The notes beneath the pieces are model-generated. The model searched no databases and was not told the origin of the DNA. It saw nothing but the letters and a program-made list of their open reading frames with translations. 64,000 nucleotides of DNA from Rhina ancylostomus (taxonomy: Eukaryota): contig JARFYF010000050.1 in assembly GCA_030265395.1 (NCBI GenBank), positions 17,729,051 through 17,793,050 of the forward strand, given 5' to 3'. The translations under genes were made by a program, and so were the position numbers. Positions within the stretch are counted from its first letter, which is position 1, and each line of letters begins with the position of its first letter. This document shows positions 39,771 through 51,416 of this stretch, piece after piece.

Positions 39771-41129
39771 CTGCATGTAATCCACCAGATCCTGATGGAA
39801 AATCACTGGTCATGTGTGATTGCACTATACCTTACATTTTACTGCTCAGCTTCAGTGATCTCTTTGTGACTTGTCTGAATACTTGGCTGGTTTTAACCCC
39901 ATTTGCCCAGAGGAAGCTGTTTGGGTATTTAATGTCTGAAATCTTCCATTGGTTTTAATTCTAGTAAACATGCAGAAGTGTGCTTTCTTAAGGGTCCTTT
40001 TCTCATGTTTCTCTCGGTCTCAATGAGATGAACAGGGGCCCACTGTTATTTTACCCAAACCCATCTAAAGAGGTCTGACTGGATTTCCCTACAAGTAAAA
40101 ATCAGTCTAAACCTGCCAGAAACAAGAGGCAAAGAATGATGAACTTTCTTGTTTCCTTTGTGGAGCCAGGATGAACCAAAACAATCTTCTTGGTCCCAGA
40201 AGAAAAGCCTTTTCTCTTTGGTGCTACACTTTATTAATCTGGAATCTTCAAACAATTGAAGGTTAATTCTGGCTAGGATGGACTGACAAAAAATATAATC
40301 CACCGAGAATTCCTGCTTTAATATCTCCTTGTTTGAACAGATAGGTGGAAGTCACACACGGGTTTTAAAAACAATTACAAGAGTTTTGTTAACCTTTTCA
40401 GAGGACCCTATGTGAATAGCATTTAAAACAGAAGGCAATATTGACACAGCCTGCTGACCAAGTCAACCTAGACATCTGTGTGCAAGTACATATATGCCTG
40501 TACACAGTCATCAATCCTTTGTGCCACAAATTACATCATGACATGAAAATTTAAATAATCCACCTATTTGTATATAATCTATGATTTTCTTAGAATTGAC
40601 GACCGAATAGAAGCAAAAATTGAGCTATTACAAGAAGACAAATATTCGTCAAATGACATTTCCAGTAGCCCCTGAGGAAAGCTCTTCCTGTAACTGTTTT
40701 TTCCCTGTCTCTAAAGAAAAGTGCCACCGTAAAGCAGGGGGAGAGGAGTGGGCAGTTCCTTCAGCCCTTGCCTTTGCTCCATGAGTAGCACAAATGGCCA
40801 TTCTTTCAGTGAGAGCATGGATGGGGGCTAGCGGCAGCTATATTCAACATTGTTAGCACATTTCCAATGTTCTTTGGTTTTGAATTTAATCTTATTGCAT
40901 ATGAGAGGGTGTGAGAATGAAGGACAGAGAGAGATCATGAATCTCAATACATTTTAAAACAAAAGATTCTGTAAAATCTGCAAGTAATTCCTGAATCTGA
41001 TTGACCAGCTGTGATTTACCAGTCAAAAGCATCACTGTAACTGGATGCACTGGAGAACCAGTAATGCAGTACAGATACAATATATCCGACACCAGTATGT
41101 CTGCCTTTGGTTGGAGCAGAGAGTAAGCA

Positions 41130-41682
41130 CCAAGAGGAAATATTCATTAAAAATCCCACCCATCTCCTGCTGATCCCTAAGGGGACCTACTCTCTCCCTC
41201 GCCACCCTTTTACTTTTTATATAGCTATAAAACCTCTTGAGATTTTCCTTGACCTTACCTGCCAGATCCATCTCATACCCTCTCTTTGCCCTCCTGATTT
41301 CCCTCTTAAATGTATTCTTTTTATAGTCATTGAGGGTTTTACTCTTTTTATAGTCATTGAGGGATTTACTCATCCCCGACCTCCTAAACCCAATGTGTGC
41401 TTCCTTCGTTTTCTTGATCAGAGGATCAATGTCCCTCAATAGCCAAGGTTCCCTAAACTTGCCATGTTTACCCTTCACCCTAACAGGAACATGCTGCTCC
41501 TGGACTCTTTATCACACTCTTAAAAGCCTCCCATTTGCTATTCGTTCCTTTCCCTTCAAACAGGCTCACCCAATCAATCTCTGCTAGATCCTGCCTAATT
41601 CCCCCAAAATTAGCCCTGCTCCAGTTTAGGACCCGAACCTGTAGATCTGTCCTATTCTTTTCCACCACTATCTTAAAACTAA
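41130..41682 (-). mobile_element. CR1 ORF2 internal fragment (endonuclease-RT linker)
   Basis: Minus strand VLNWSRANFGGIRQDLAEIDW, KREIRRAKRGYE, FYSYIKSKR; contains a 27-bp tandem duplication at 41316-41369. Confidence 0.88.
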
Positions 41683-43965
41683 TAAAGTCAGCAAGGGGTT
41701 TCCTCGGGAAAAATCAATGAGCAAAAACAAAATGCTAAATTTAATTTGAATTACATTTTCAGGGGATAGTTAATTCTTGACAATATTCATCTTTATAATG
41801 TATTAAAAAATTGCTGTGATGGCTGTTTTACGATGAAGAAAGTTTAATTTAATACTCATGAGATTTGATTTACTTAATCTACTGAGCACAAATTACTTCA
41901 CCTTATAGGTGAGAAATTCTGCTCTGCTCTATTATTAATGCATTAGTTCATTAATTTGCACCAAATTGCTGTGTTGTCTCATCAAGTAATGGGACTAAGA
42001 CCTGGAAATGCGAAAGTCCATTGAAAACAGTGCCAAAATAACATTGTGCTGGGGTCCCACACCAATCTCATATAGGGTCAACGGAGAATGATTTCCTTCT
42101 GCGCATGATGTAAAAGGGATAGTTGCTCAAAACACCATGAAATCTTCAGTGGAGTCACAGTCAGTAAACATATACAAAGTCAAGACTCATGCAAAAAGCA
42201 AATCTAGAAACTACTTCTCCTAATCTGACAGGTCTCTTACAGAGGTAATTATCGATGGAAATTTCAAATCATGTTCGCCTCCATTATTCATATCCATTAG
42301 CCTTGCAATAATATATTGCATAATAGAATTTCAACCTCTTCCATTTGTAAGTACTTCATGAAAAATAGTCTGAAGATTGTGGGATTCTACCTGCCTGTTC
42401 CTTTATTTGAAGAAGAACTGATTTAAACATCTCCAAAGATCATAGCAAAGACTAAGAGAAAATAAAAATCATTAGCATAGAGGAAGGTAACATTGACAAA
42501 AAGTACTGTTTTTTAATGTTTCTCCTATTCTGTTGATTCTGTGAAGAGTCAATGATTGATGTTCTTTCAAGAATAGTCTGTTGATATAAAGTTTTCCAAT
42601 TAGCATTAAAGGAATAGCAGTTATTTATTACAAGTGACGAATATTATTAACTGAGGAACCTGAGAGACTGAGACTGTGGAGTTATATCAATCTCACAATG
42701 CTCATGACTGCTGTGATGGACTTACACTGTTTGCATAAGAAGTTTGTTGGTATTTGAATCCAGTCCGCTAAGCACTGAGAAACTGATAAACATGAATAAG
42801 CTAATGTTTAAAAAATATCAGGAAAAGGTCCCTTGAAATTTGAAACATAATTTTATTGAGAGTTCTGATTAAATTTACAGCTTGTTATGAGGCATAGTTG
42901 ATAATTTACTCTGAAAGCTCTTGTAAATATGAAGGTCAGTTTTACTTTAGATGCTATTAGTTTCATAATGCTATTGGTAACTCAGTCAGACCTTCATATG
43001 GAAAACAACGGGGCAAAGGAGATGTTGTGGTGCACTTTCTTTTGACTTGTGTCAGTTCTTGACTCCTGCCAGTTCTTGACTCCTGCCCATATATAATAAA
43101 GGGGCTCTTTCCTTTCAGTGTGAATACATCTGCCTGTCTGTCTGTTTTCTTTCCCTGGTTCATCTCATGAAGAGATCTGTAGGAACTAGTTGGGTATTAG
43201 GACATGTAGGGAAAGAAGCAGCTCAGCAAAGTGGTTCTACTACATGTGAATACTGATCTTGCATTGCACTCCGTGCATACTTAAGCCCCTTATATATTGC
43301 TGTATTAGCCTGGATTTTCTGCAGCTGATGGATAGATGAAGTTAAAACTGCTGGGTTTTGTTCAATTGGTCCTCAGAAATGCTTTCTTTTCGTAGATTCT
43401 CAGTTTTCCAGCTGTCCAAGTGTTCTTCAGGCAGCACAACAGAAGCATGATTTGGGGATAATGATGCCACAATAACATCACATGGGTACTTTACCCTAAT
43501 AAGAGTGTGGTGATTTATGATTACAGAAGCTAGTAAAAATATGACTCAGCATATGATACACAGGCAGAGTATGCTAGTTTTCATAGCTCCCCCACCTATG
43601 TGCCTCCCCTGCAGAAAACTGGTGGAACAACTTGAAGGCAACTTGAGAGAGAGAGAAGTTCTTGGTTATCTAAGAGCCTCCTGACTCTGCATGAACCAGC
43701 TGGCAGATAAGAAGAGGTTTACACTTGACATTTTACCTGACTCAATGAATCTTTATCTTCACCCCAACATTTCATCTTTCTCTAACTTGTAATCTTAAAC
43801 TTCCCATGTTTCACAAAGCTGTTTAGTCTTGTTTGTGTTAATGTACTGTTCGCAATCCATTGAATGTTTTCAGTCTCTAATTATAGACACCATAATGGAG
43901 GTAAATGTAGGCAGTTCGATCCAAACTGTCAGAGTTCTCCAGCAAGTTACAATCAATACCATATA

Positions 43966-44368
43966 CAGGCAGTCTCCAGATTACAACAGGGTTCTGTTCC
44001 TGTTCATAACCTGAATCATTTGTATGTCAGAAATGAACAAAAACAGTGTGTGGGAGGGGATTACAGATACACCAGTGACAGAAGAGTGAGCAAGCGCAGG
44101 AAGAGTGGCCGCCAGCCAGCCTCACTGACTCAATGAGTGAGCAAGTGAACCTGTTCAGCTCTTCGGCTCAACCCAGCCCCCGATTGTTGCGGCTCAGGGA
44201 TGGAGAGAGAAAGCACATGGAAATGCCCCGTTCCCACCCGGCAGAAGATGCCTGCAGCCCCACAGCAGCCTGCAAATCCATCCTCACCCATCCCCACTAG
44301 TCTCCCAAATGATCAGTTGTATGTATGGAGTTCCCATAAGTCAGGCATTCATGACCTGGGAGGACCTG
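43966..44368 (+). mobile_element. Tigger/pogo-like MITE, second copy
   Basis: TA|CAGGCAGTCTCCAGATTACAACAGGGTTCTGTTCC ... CTGGGAGGACCTG|TA; collinear with 31561-31890. Confidence 0.8.
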
Positions 44369-46116
44369 TATTATAAAACCTCACTATAACAACTATAGAC
44401 ATGTATTGATCTGTTTTTTTGTGATTTTTCTATTCCCTTTTTAAGTTACTTCTCTCATTATCAAAGTACTTAAAAAAAATTTATTTTAGTCCTCTGAGAT
44501 TCTGTTCTACTTGTATTAATTCTGCCTTATTTGTTTGCACTCAGTGTACACACAAACAAAACATTTGACCTCTGCACATTGTTATCTGTACCAGGTTTAA
44601 AATGTTCATGCAGGTTTTTTGTTTGTCTCTTGTCATAAAAGAAAACTAAACGTTAATATAACAAGCAGGTGAAGCCTATTTTAAACATTCTTTCTGAAGA
44701 ATGGATTGCCATGCAGCCAGTACTCAGCACTAGAGAGAGGAGATCAGATCTTCTGAATGATCTTGCTACCAATCTAAAATTACTAATTTTCCAGCAACTG
44801 GTTATTTTGTACTGAAAACTTTGTGTGGGTGCTATGCAAGAGATTGTCTTACACAGGCATCAAACAAGACATTTAAATGAAGCATGAAAAAATCACTTTA
44901 CACGTTCTGTGTTCAGTTCACAAACAACAGAAGTTCACAGCACAAGGGTTTCAGATGATGTTGTACTAGACAGTGCTGATCAGAGACTAGTAAGAATATT
45001 AAATGGAAAGGTCATGCTGGTGCAGTTAGACAATATTCTCCTGAGAACACGGTGGTAAAGGGAAAGCATTAAACACAAGTAAACTTTGATAAACCTGACA
45101 TAATATTGTTTTATGCTGTCACTTTGGACAAAGAGCAAAATTATTAATTTCCATGTCCTGTCATTTCTGCACTTTATGAGTCCACTAAGTTCACATATTA
45201 AAGAGTGGCAGGAACAGTGAACATCAACATGAATTTCACCACCCCAAAACAATGTTCTTAGTTTGTCAATTAAAGGAAAATGCAAAATTCAAATTCCTAT
45301 TTTAATAATACACCTTCCTCATTAGAAAATAGATATAACATTAAAAAAGTCTAGAAAGAGTGGATGTTCAGAAATATTCCATTATTTGTATTTAATACTT
45401 TGTGCAATATGTTGTAGACTGGTGCCTTCAAGGGATGCTCTGATTAAAATTTTACATTCTCACATATTTTTTCTGTTACAAAATGGCTTCCACTTGGGAT
45501 CAAAATGGCAAAGCATATTGTTACCTCTCAAGGCTGTAACATTCTGATGCACATTGCATTAATTTTGTCCCACCCCTCCACAAATGAATTCTGATGCCTT
45601 TGGTACAAGACTACTTTTAGTATGGTATTGCCTTCAATAGTTCTTTTGTCATTGGAGCATCCATGTAATACAGATGAAGTGCTAATGAGATTTTTAATTA
45701 ATTAGTTTAAAACTAATTTTCTCTCAGCTCAACTGCCACCCCCTCCAGTCAAGTGTTCCTTCTGTTTCCTTGTTGTCTCTACGTTATCCATCATTTCCAG
45801 AGTTCAGCCAGTGTTGATCTTGAATTGGCACCAAGTATAACGCCAGAACATTTTCTTACTCATTTTATTACCTGCTACTTAAAAATTTGCTATCTTAATA
45901 AGTGCAAAAATAAAGTCAGAGCTCCTGCCAAGCACATATGCAAAGATAAAAATAATACGGTAATTCTTGTAAAGTCATTAGTTCTCTCAAATAATTGTTA
46001 TAAACAATTGAAAAAAAAAATCATTCAACCAATGTAGAGACCTGGAGCGTGCTGGAGATGCACATTGATCACAATATCAAAATTTGAGAATGATATCTAA
46101 TGAACAATATCAACTA

Positions 46117-46754
46117 GAAATTTTAATCATTTATATTTAATTGCAATGGGCTTTCTACAAGAGAACGCTGATAATGTCTGCAGATCAATAGTGTGTGGAA
46201 CACCTGTGTCTTGTGGGTTTTTTTTCAGGCCACTAATTAAGCTAAATATTAGCTGGAAGAAGGATGGAGTACCACTGAGAAGTGGATTTAGTGACCACCA
46301 CCGGAAACTGACAATTCTAAACTTGAAAGCGCGTGATGCTGGGTACTATGAATGCGAAGCTGTTCTCCGAAGCAGCAGTGTTCCCTCAGTCAGCGCAGGG
46401 GCCTATTTGTTTGTGTTGGGTGAGTGTCTGGTTCTGTAAAGAGCACTTACATATGGCTACGAAACATTTTGCAGGCCCTGATGCAGAACATTTGTGTCTC
46501 AAATCTGAACCAAACTCGTTTATTTAATTACCTATTAAAGGATGTACACTATTATAACATGAAAACACAATGTGTTATTAAGGCTTATGATCTGTTGTTA
46601 GTTGAATTTTACTGCCGTATCACAGCTGGCAATAAATTAATGCATATTTTTGTTCCGATACATATTTGCTTGGAAATTTTAATCATTTATGTTTAATTGC
46701 AATGGGCTTTCTACAAGAGAATGCTGATAATGTCTGCAAATCAATAGTGTGTGG
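46117..46754 (+). repeat. 82-bp direct repeat pair (46117-46198 and 46673-46754) flanking an exon
   Basis: gaaattttaatcatttat...tcaatagtgtgtgg; 79/82 identical, three transitions. Confidence 0.97.
46229..46419 (+). CDS. sdk2: Sidekick-2 exon, rest of Ig3
   Basis: ttttcag| ... G|gtgagt; 191 nt, phase 2->1; [63 protein letters not shown] with Ig I-set W and DxGxYxC motifs. Confidence 0.96.
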
Positions 46755-47268
46755 CACTGATCACTTGTGTAAATTAAATTTAGAATACAGTTAATTTTAT
46801 CCAATGGCTTGTTAAACCCAAAATGCTGCTGATAGGAAACAAATGTTTTGGACGGATCGGATGCAGAGATTACATTTTGACAAGTGGGGTCATAACTGTG
46901 TGAGTTTATAATGGCAATAGCATGATTAATTAGGTAGCTTGAAAACTGACTTCTCAATATGAAATATATATATTTGTGTTCAGAGATGCTTTAAACCTCC
47001 ACATTCACTTTATATTATGTTTTTTTTGGTAAGTGGTCTAACAATAACAGCAGAAGACGTTTTACCTTGGAGGCTAGAAAATTGTCTTTCTGCCCTTCCC
47101 CAACACAAGTCATATCATAATGGAGAATAGTGGAGAGAAATAAATCTTCAGAATAATTGAAAGCAAGTTACCAATGATCACTCTTCCATCTGTGTTATAC
47201 AGTTTATCTTCGATCATTGGGCAGAGAGTACTTTTGCTGATTATTATTCAGTTCTTCTCTTCCTTCAG

Positions 47269-47352
47269 AGCACCCACAGCTGGTTCTGGAACCTGAGCGT
47301 CACATCACAGCTGAGATAGAGAAAGTGGTGGACATTCCTTGTCAGGCTCAAG
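47269..47352 (+). CDS. sdk2: Sidekick-2 exon, start of Ig4
   Basis: ttccttcag| ... G|gtaaag; 84 nt, phase 1->1; (E)[27 protein letters not shown] matches recalled SDK2 [20 protein letters not shown]. Confidence 0.95.
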
Positions 47353-47498
47353 GTAAAGTCAGCAGCCAATCTACTTTTATTAGATTTAGGAAGAAGATTA
47401 TATGTAGGAGAGGTTGGAAGTGTAGTAACATTATATATGACCAATGGTCTTTGTCCTGGTGACTGCCTACAGTCCATGATGTTGACTGATTGCTCTAC

Positions 47499-47900
47499 TC
47501 AGAATCAGAATCATGTTTATTATCACTAACATATGAAATTTGTTGTTTTGCAGCAGCAGTACAAGTGCAAGACATAAAGATATAAAAATTACAATGTCAC
47601 AAAAATAAATAAATAAATAGATAGATAGCGCGAAAGAGGAATAGCAAGTTGGTGTTCATGGGTTCATGGACCGTTAAGAAATCTGACGGCGGAGGGGAAA
47701 AAGCTGTTCCTGAAACATTGGGTGTGGGTCTTCAGGTTCCTGTACCTTCTCCCTGATGGCAGTACTGAGAAGAGGGCATGTCCTGGATGGTGAAGGTCCT
47801 TAATGATAGATGCCACCTTCTTGAGGCACCACCTCCTAAAGATGTCTTCGATGGTGGGGACAGTTGTGTCCGTGATGGAGCTGGCGGAGTCTATAACCCA
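47499..47900 (-). mobile_element. Rex1/Babar LINE 3' end
   Basis: Minus strand IIKDLHHPGHALFSVLPSGRRYRNLKTHTQCFRNSFFPSAVRFLN; (agaatc)n tail. Confidence 0.92.
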
Positions 47901-49111
47901 TTTCTGGGTGGCAGGTCTGGTCCTGCATAATCTGGCCTGTTGTGTTTCTCCCCCTGGCTGTTGGCTGTGCATTTCCAGTGTTTTTTCTCGATTTACTTCA
48001 TAGATTTCTAGATTTATGTGACCTTATTGAGCTGTTTTGTGAGATGTCTTGCCTTGTTGAAAACCAAAAAGCAGTTGCTGGGCAACATTTTTCATTCAAA
48101 GATTGAGAGTCATGGCTTAGAGTTATTAATTAGAATCACAGAAGTTTCAGAGATGATTTCTGTATCAATTTACAGTAAAGTTGTGAACAAATGCATTTGA
48201 GATTAGCAAGATTATCAAATGCAGTTTGTAATACATGAAGAGCTTCCCAGTTGGTTGAAATATAGATGTTCAATGTGACATAGGAATGATCCATATAGAC
48301 CATAAGGTTTCAGGTTTGATTTGTTTCCACCAACCAGTTAGGATGATTGAATTAGCTCAACCCCTTCGAGATAGTATGGAAATGATCGGCAAAAGTTATC
48401 ATTTTCAATTGTTACCCACAGTGTAGTCATTGGATGTGAGCTGAGATGGGTTACAGTGTGATATCTATCATGATTAAACATCCCACTGACACTCATGAAG
48501 AATGCTATTTTTATGAAGGCTGTGGATAACTTTCAGCTCTCCTGTAGCCATTTCCCAGTTAGAGTCAGTGCCTGCAGGGTCAGTTTATTACCTTCCTTCT
48601 AATCCATTTTCAGTCCCCAAGAATGAATCACTATCTGCTGTACCTTAATGTATTTTGTTGCAAAGTGTTATTGCCATGAAGCATGCACTGAGACTTCCAT
48701 AATGTTTGTATCTGGGAGGAGCAGGGAATGCAAAGTGGTACATCTTTGGAGGAATATAAATATGGCCAATTCATATTTGCATTGAATGATTAAGACCTGG
48801 ACTTTTCCTAAAGCAGTCAAAGTGGGACAGAAAATAAACTGAAAAAAGACAGCCATATGATTCCAGCCACTGAATATTACTTGTTCAACTTTACAACCTT
48901 GAATATTGTCAGTATTTTGATTTGAATTAATTCAAATTCTTGATGGATTTAATGTTTCTATATTTTTACTTTAATGATATTTTATGGAAAAGAGGCCACA
49001 GTGAATATAAAGGCTTCTGAACACCTCTTGCCTACTAACCACCTTTTCTGGAAGTACTTTATTCAACATGCATGTATTGAAGATTTCAAGGTTTTATTTA
49101 TGTCATTTCAG

Positions 49112-49306
49112 GTGTTCCAGCACCAGTGGTGTATTGGTATAAAGATGCAACATTGATTACAAGGTTAACCATCCCCAGATACAAGCTGCTGTCCAATGGC
49201 AGCCTGCAGATCAATGGACTGATCCCTGATGATACTGGCATGTTCCAATGCTTTGCTAGAAATGATGCTGGTGAGGTGCAAACATTCACGTATCTTGCTG
49301 TTACCA
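49112..49306 (+). CDS. sdk2: Sidekick-2 exon, rest of Ig4
   Basis: tttcag| ... A|gtaagt; 195 nt, phase 1->1; (G)[64 protein letters not shown]. Confidence 0.96.
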
Positions 49307-49639
49307 GTAAGTAAATTATCTTCCAGGTTAATCTGCTATTTCCATTCATGTACACTTCCATGTCCTATTGTGTGTGAAACTTGTGAATTGAGGAGCAGTG
49401 TTTCAGTTGGGCCAGCCTAATCTTCTAATCATAATTTTTCTTTAACTTTTCAGGGAGCGTTTTAGGGCAAAAGACTTGCTGTAGTTTTAGGAAGTAAAAG
49501 TATCATAAAACAGAGTGGGGTGCTCACATAAGATAAGAGTAATGCTTGATTTGGAAATATTATAATTTTTTATGCATCAGTAGATGTGGAGCATTTATTT
49601 TCTGAAGGGATGAAAGGAATTGCTTGTTTAGAGTGAAAC

Positions 49640-49882
49640 CTTTAATCCAAGTGGATATATATGGCACCATTGCTCTCTTTGGTAAAGAGCAGAGAGCCTT
49701 TCCAGCTTCCCTCAACACTCGTTCCTCAATTCCTCACGACCAAAACAGAGTCAATCAGTATTAGCTTTTTGTGGGACCAGCGTGTTTATAGTCATAACTA
49801 AAGTGAATACACGACTGCATTGATCATTGAAGTGTACTGGGGCATCTGAATTGCATGAAAGGTATTGTATAAATACAAAAGC
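49640..49882 (+). mobile_element. Old Deu-domain SINE remnant
   Basis: agtggatatatatggcaccattg...aagagcagagag...aaaacaga...tttgtgggacc...tgaaaggtattgtataaatacaa. Confidence 0.6.
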
Positions 49883-49969
49883 CTGAAACTTCATATTTGC
49901 AGCACAGCCTTTTCAGGAGAGGCACATGAGAATTAATTATTTCTGAAGAGTATCACAATTATGATAATT

Positions 49970-51416
49970 TCATAAATGGCAGTGATGCTTCACTGCCGGA
50001 TGAGCTCAACGCCTTTTATGCACGCTTTGAAAAGGAGAATAACACTACACCTGTGTGAATCCCCACAGCATCTGGCGACTCTGTGACCTCTGTCTCAGAG
50101 GCCAGCATCAGAACTGTTGCCTGGTAGCACTCACATCAACTGTGATGAAGTGTTTTGAGAGGTTGGTCATGGCGAGAATTAACTCCTGCCTGCGCAAGGA
50201 CCCATACCCACTGCAATTTGCCCATTGCCAAAACAGGTCTACAGCTCAAACGCCATCTGTAAATTCACTGATGACACCACTGTTGTCAGAATTTCAGATG
50301 GTGATGAGGAAATGTACAGGAGTGAGATAGATCAGCTGGTTGAGTGACGTCGCAACAACAACCTCGCACTCATTGTCAGCAAGACCAAGGAATTGATTGT
50401 GGACTTCAGTAAGGGGAANNNNNNNNNNNNNNNNNNNNNNNNNNNNNNNNNNNNNNNNNNNNNNNNNNNNNNNNNNNNNNNNNNNNNNNNNNNNNNNNNN
50501 NNNNNNNNNNNNNNNNNNNNNNNNNNNNNNNNNNNNNNNNNNNNNNNNNNNNNNNNNNNNNNNNNNNNNNNNNNNNNNNNNNNNNNNNNNNNNNNNNNNN
50601 NNNNNNNNNNNNNNNNNNNNNNNNNNNNNNNNNNNNNNNNNNNNNNNNNNNNNNNNNNNNNNNNNNNNNNNNNNNNNNNNNNNNNNNNNNNNNNNNNNNN
50701 NNNNNNNNNNNNNNNNNNNNNNNNNNNNNNNNNNNNNNNNNNNNNNNNNNNNNNNNNNNNNNNNNNNNNNNNNNNNNNNNNNNNNNNNNNNNNNNNNNNN
50801 NNNNNNNNNNNNNNNNNNNNNNNNNNNNNNNNNNNNNNNNNNNNNNNNNNNNNNNNNNNNNNNNNNNNNNNNNNNNNNNNNNNNNNNNNNNNNNNNNNNN
50901 NNNNNNNNNNNNNNNNNNNNNNNNNNNNNNNNNNNNNNNNNNNNNNNNNNNNNNNNNNNNNNNNNNNNNNNNNNNNNNNNNNNNNNNNNNNNNNNNNNNN
51001 NNNNNNNNNNNNNNNNNNNNNNNNNNNNNNNNNNNNNNNNNNNNNNNNNNNNNNNNNNNNNNNNNNNNNNNNNNNNNNNNNNNNNNNNNNNNNNNNNNNN
51101 NNNNNNNNNNNNNNNNNNNNNNNNNNNNNNNNNNNNNNNNNNNNNNNNNNNNNNNNNNNNNNNNNNNNNNNNNNNNNNNNNNNNNNNNNNNNNNNNNNNN
51201 NNNNNNNNNNNNNNNNNNNNNNNNNNNNNNNNNNNNNNNNNNNNNNNNNNNNNNNNNNNNNNNNNNNNNNNNNNNNNNNNNNNNNNNNNNNNNNNNNNNN
51301 NNNNTTTTGTGTTTTTTTTTGGTAACTTTTAGTAATTTTTCTGTCTTGCACTGTACTGCTGCTGCAAAACAACAAATTTCACGACATACGTCCGTGATAA
51401 TAAATCTGATTCTAAT
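49970..51416 (+). mobile_element. Rex1/Babar LINE, internally deleted, spanning an 886-N gap
   Basis: [32 protein letters not shown](T)DDTTVV, KTKELIVDF; 3' tail ctgctgcaaaacaacaaatttc...aataaatctgattct. Confidence 0.9.

Noticed and set aside
41316-41369. 27-bp in-frame tandem duplication
   Set aside because: Lies in a dead CR1 fragment; ordinary slippage.
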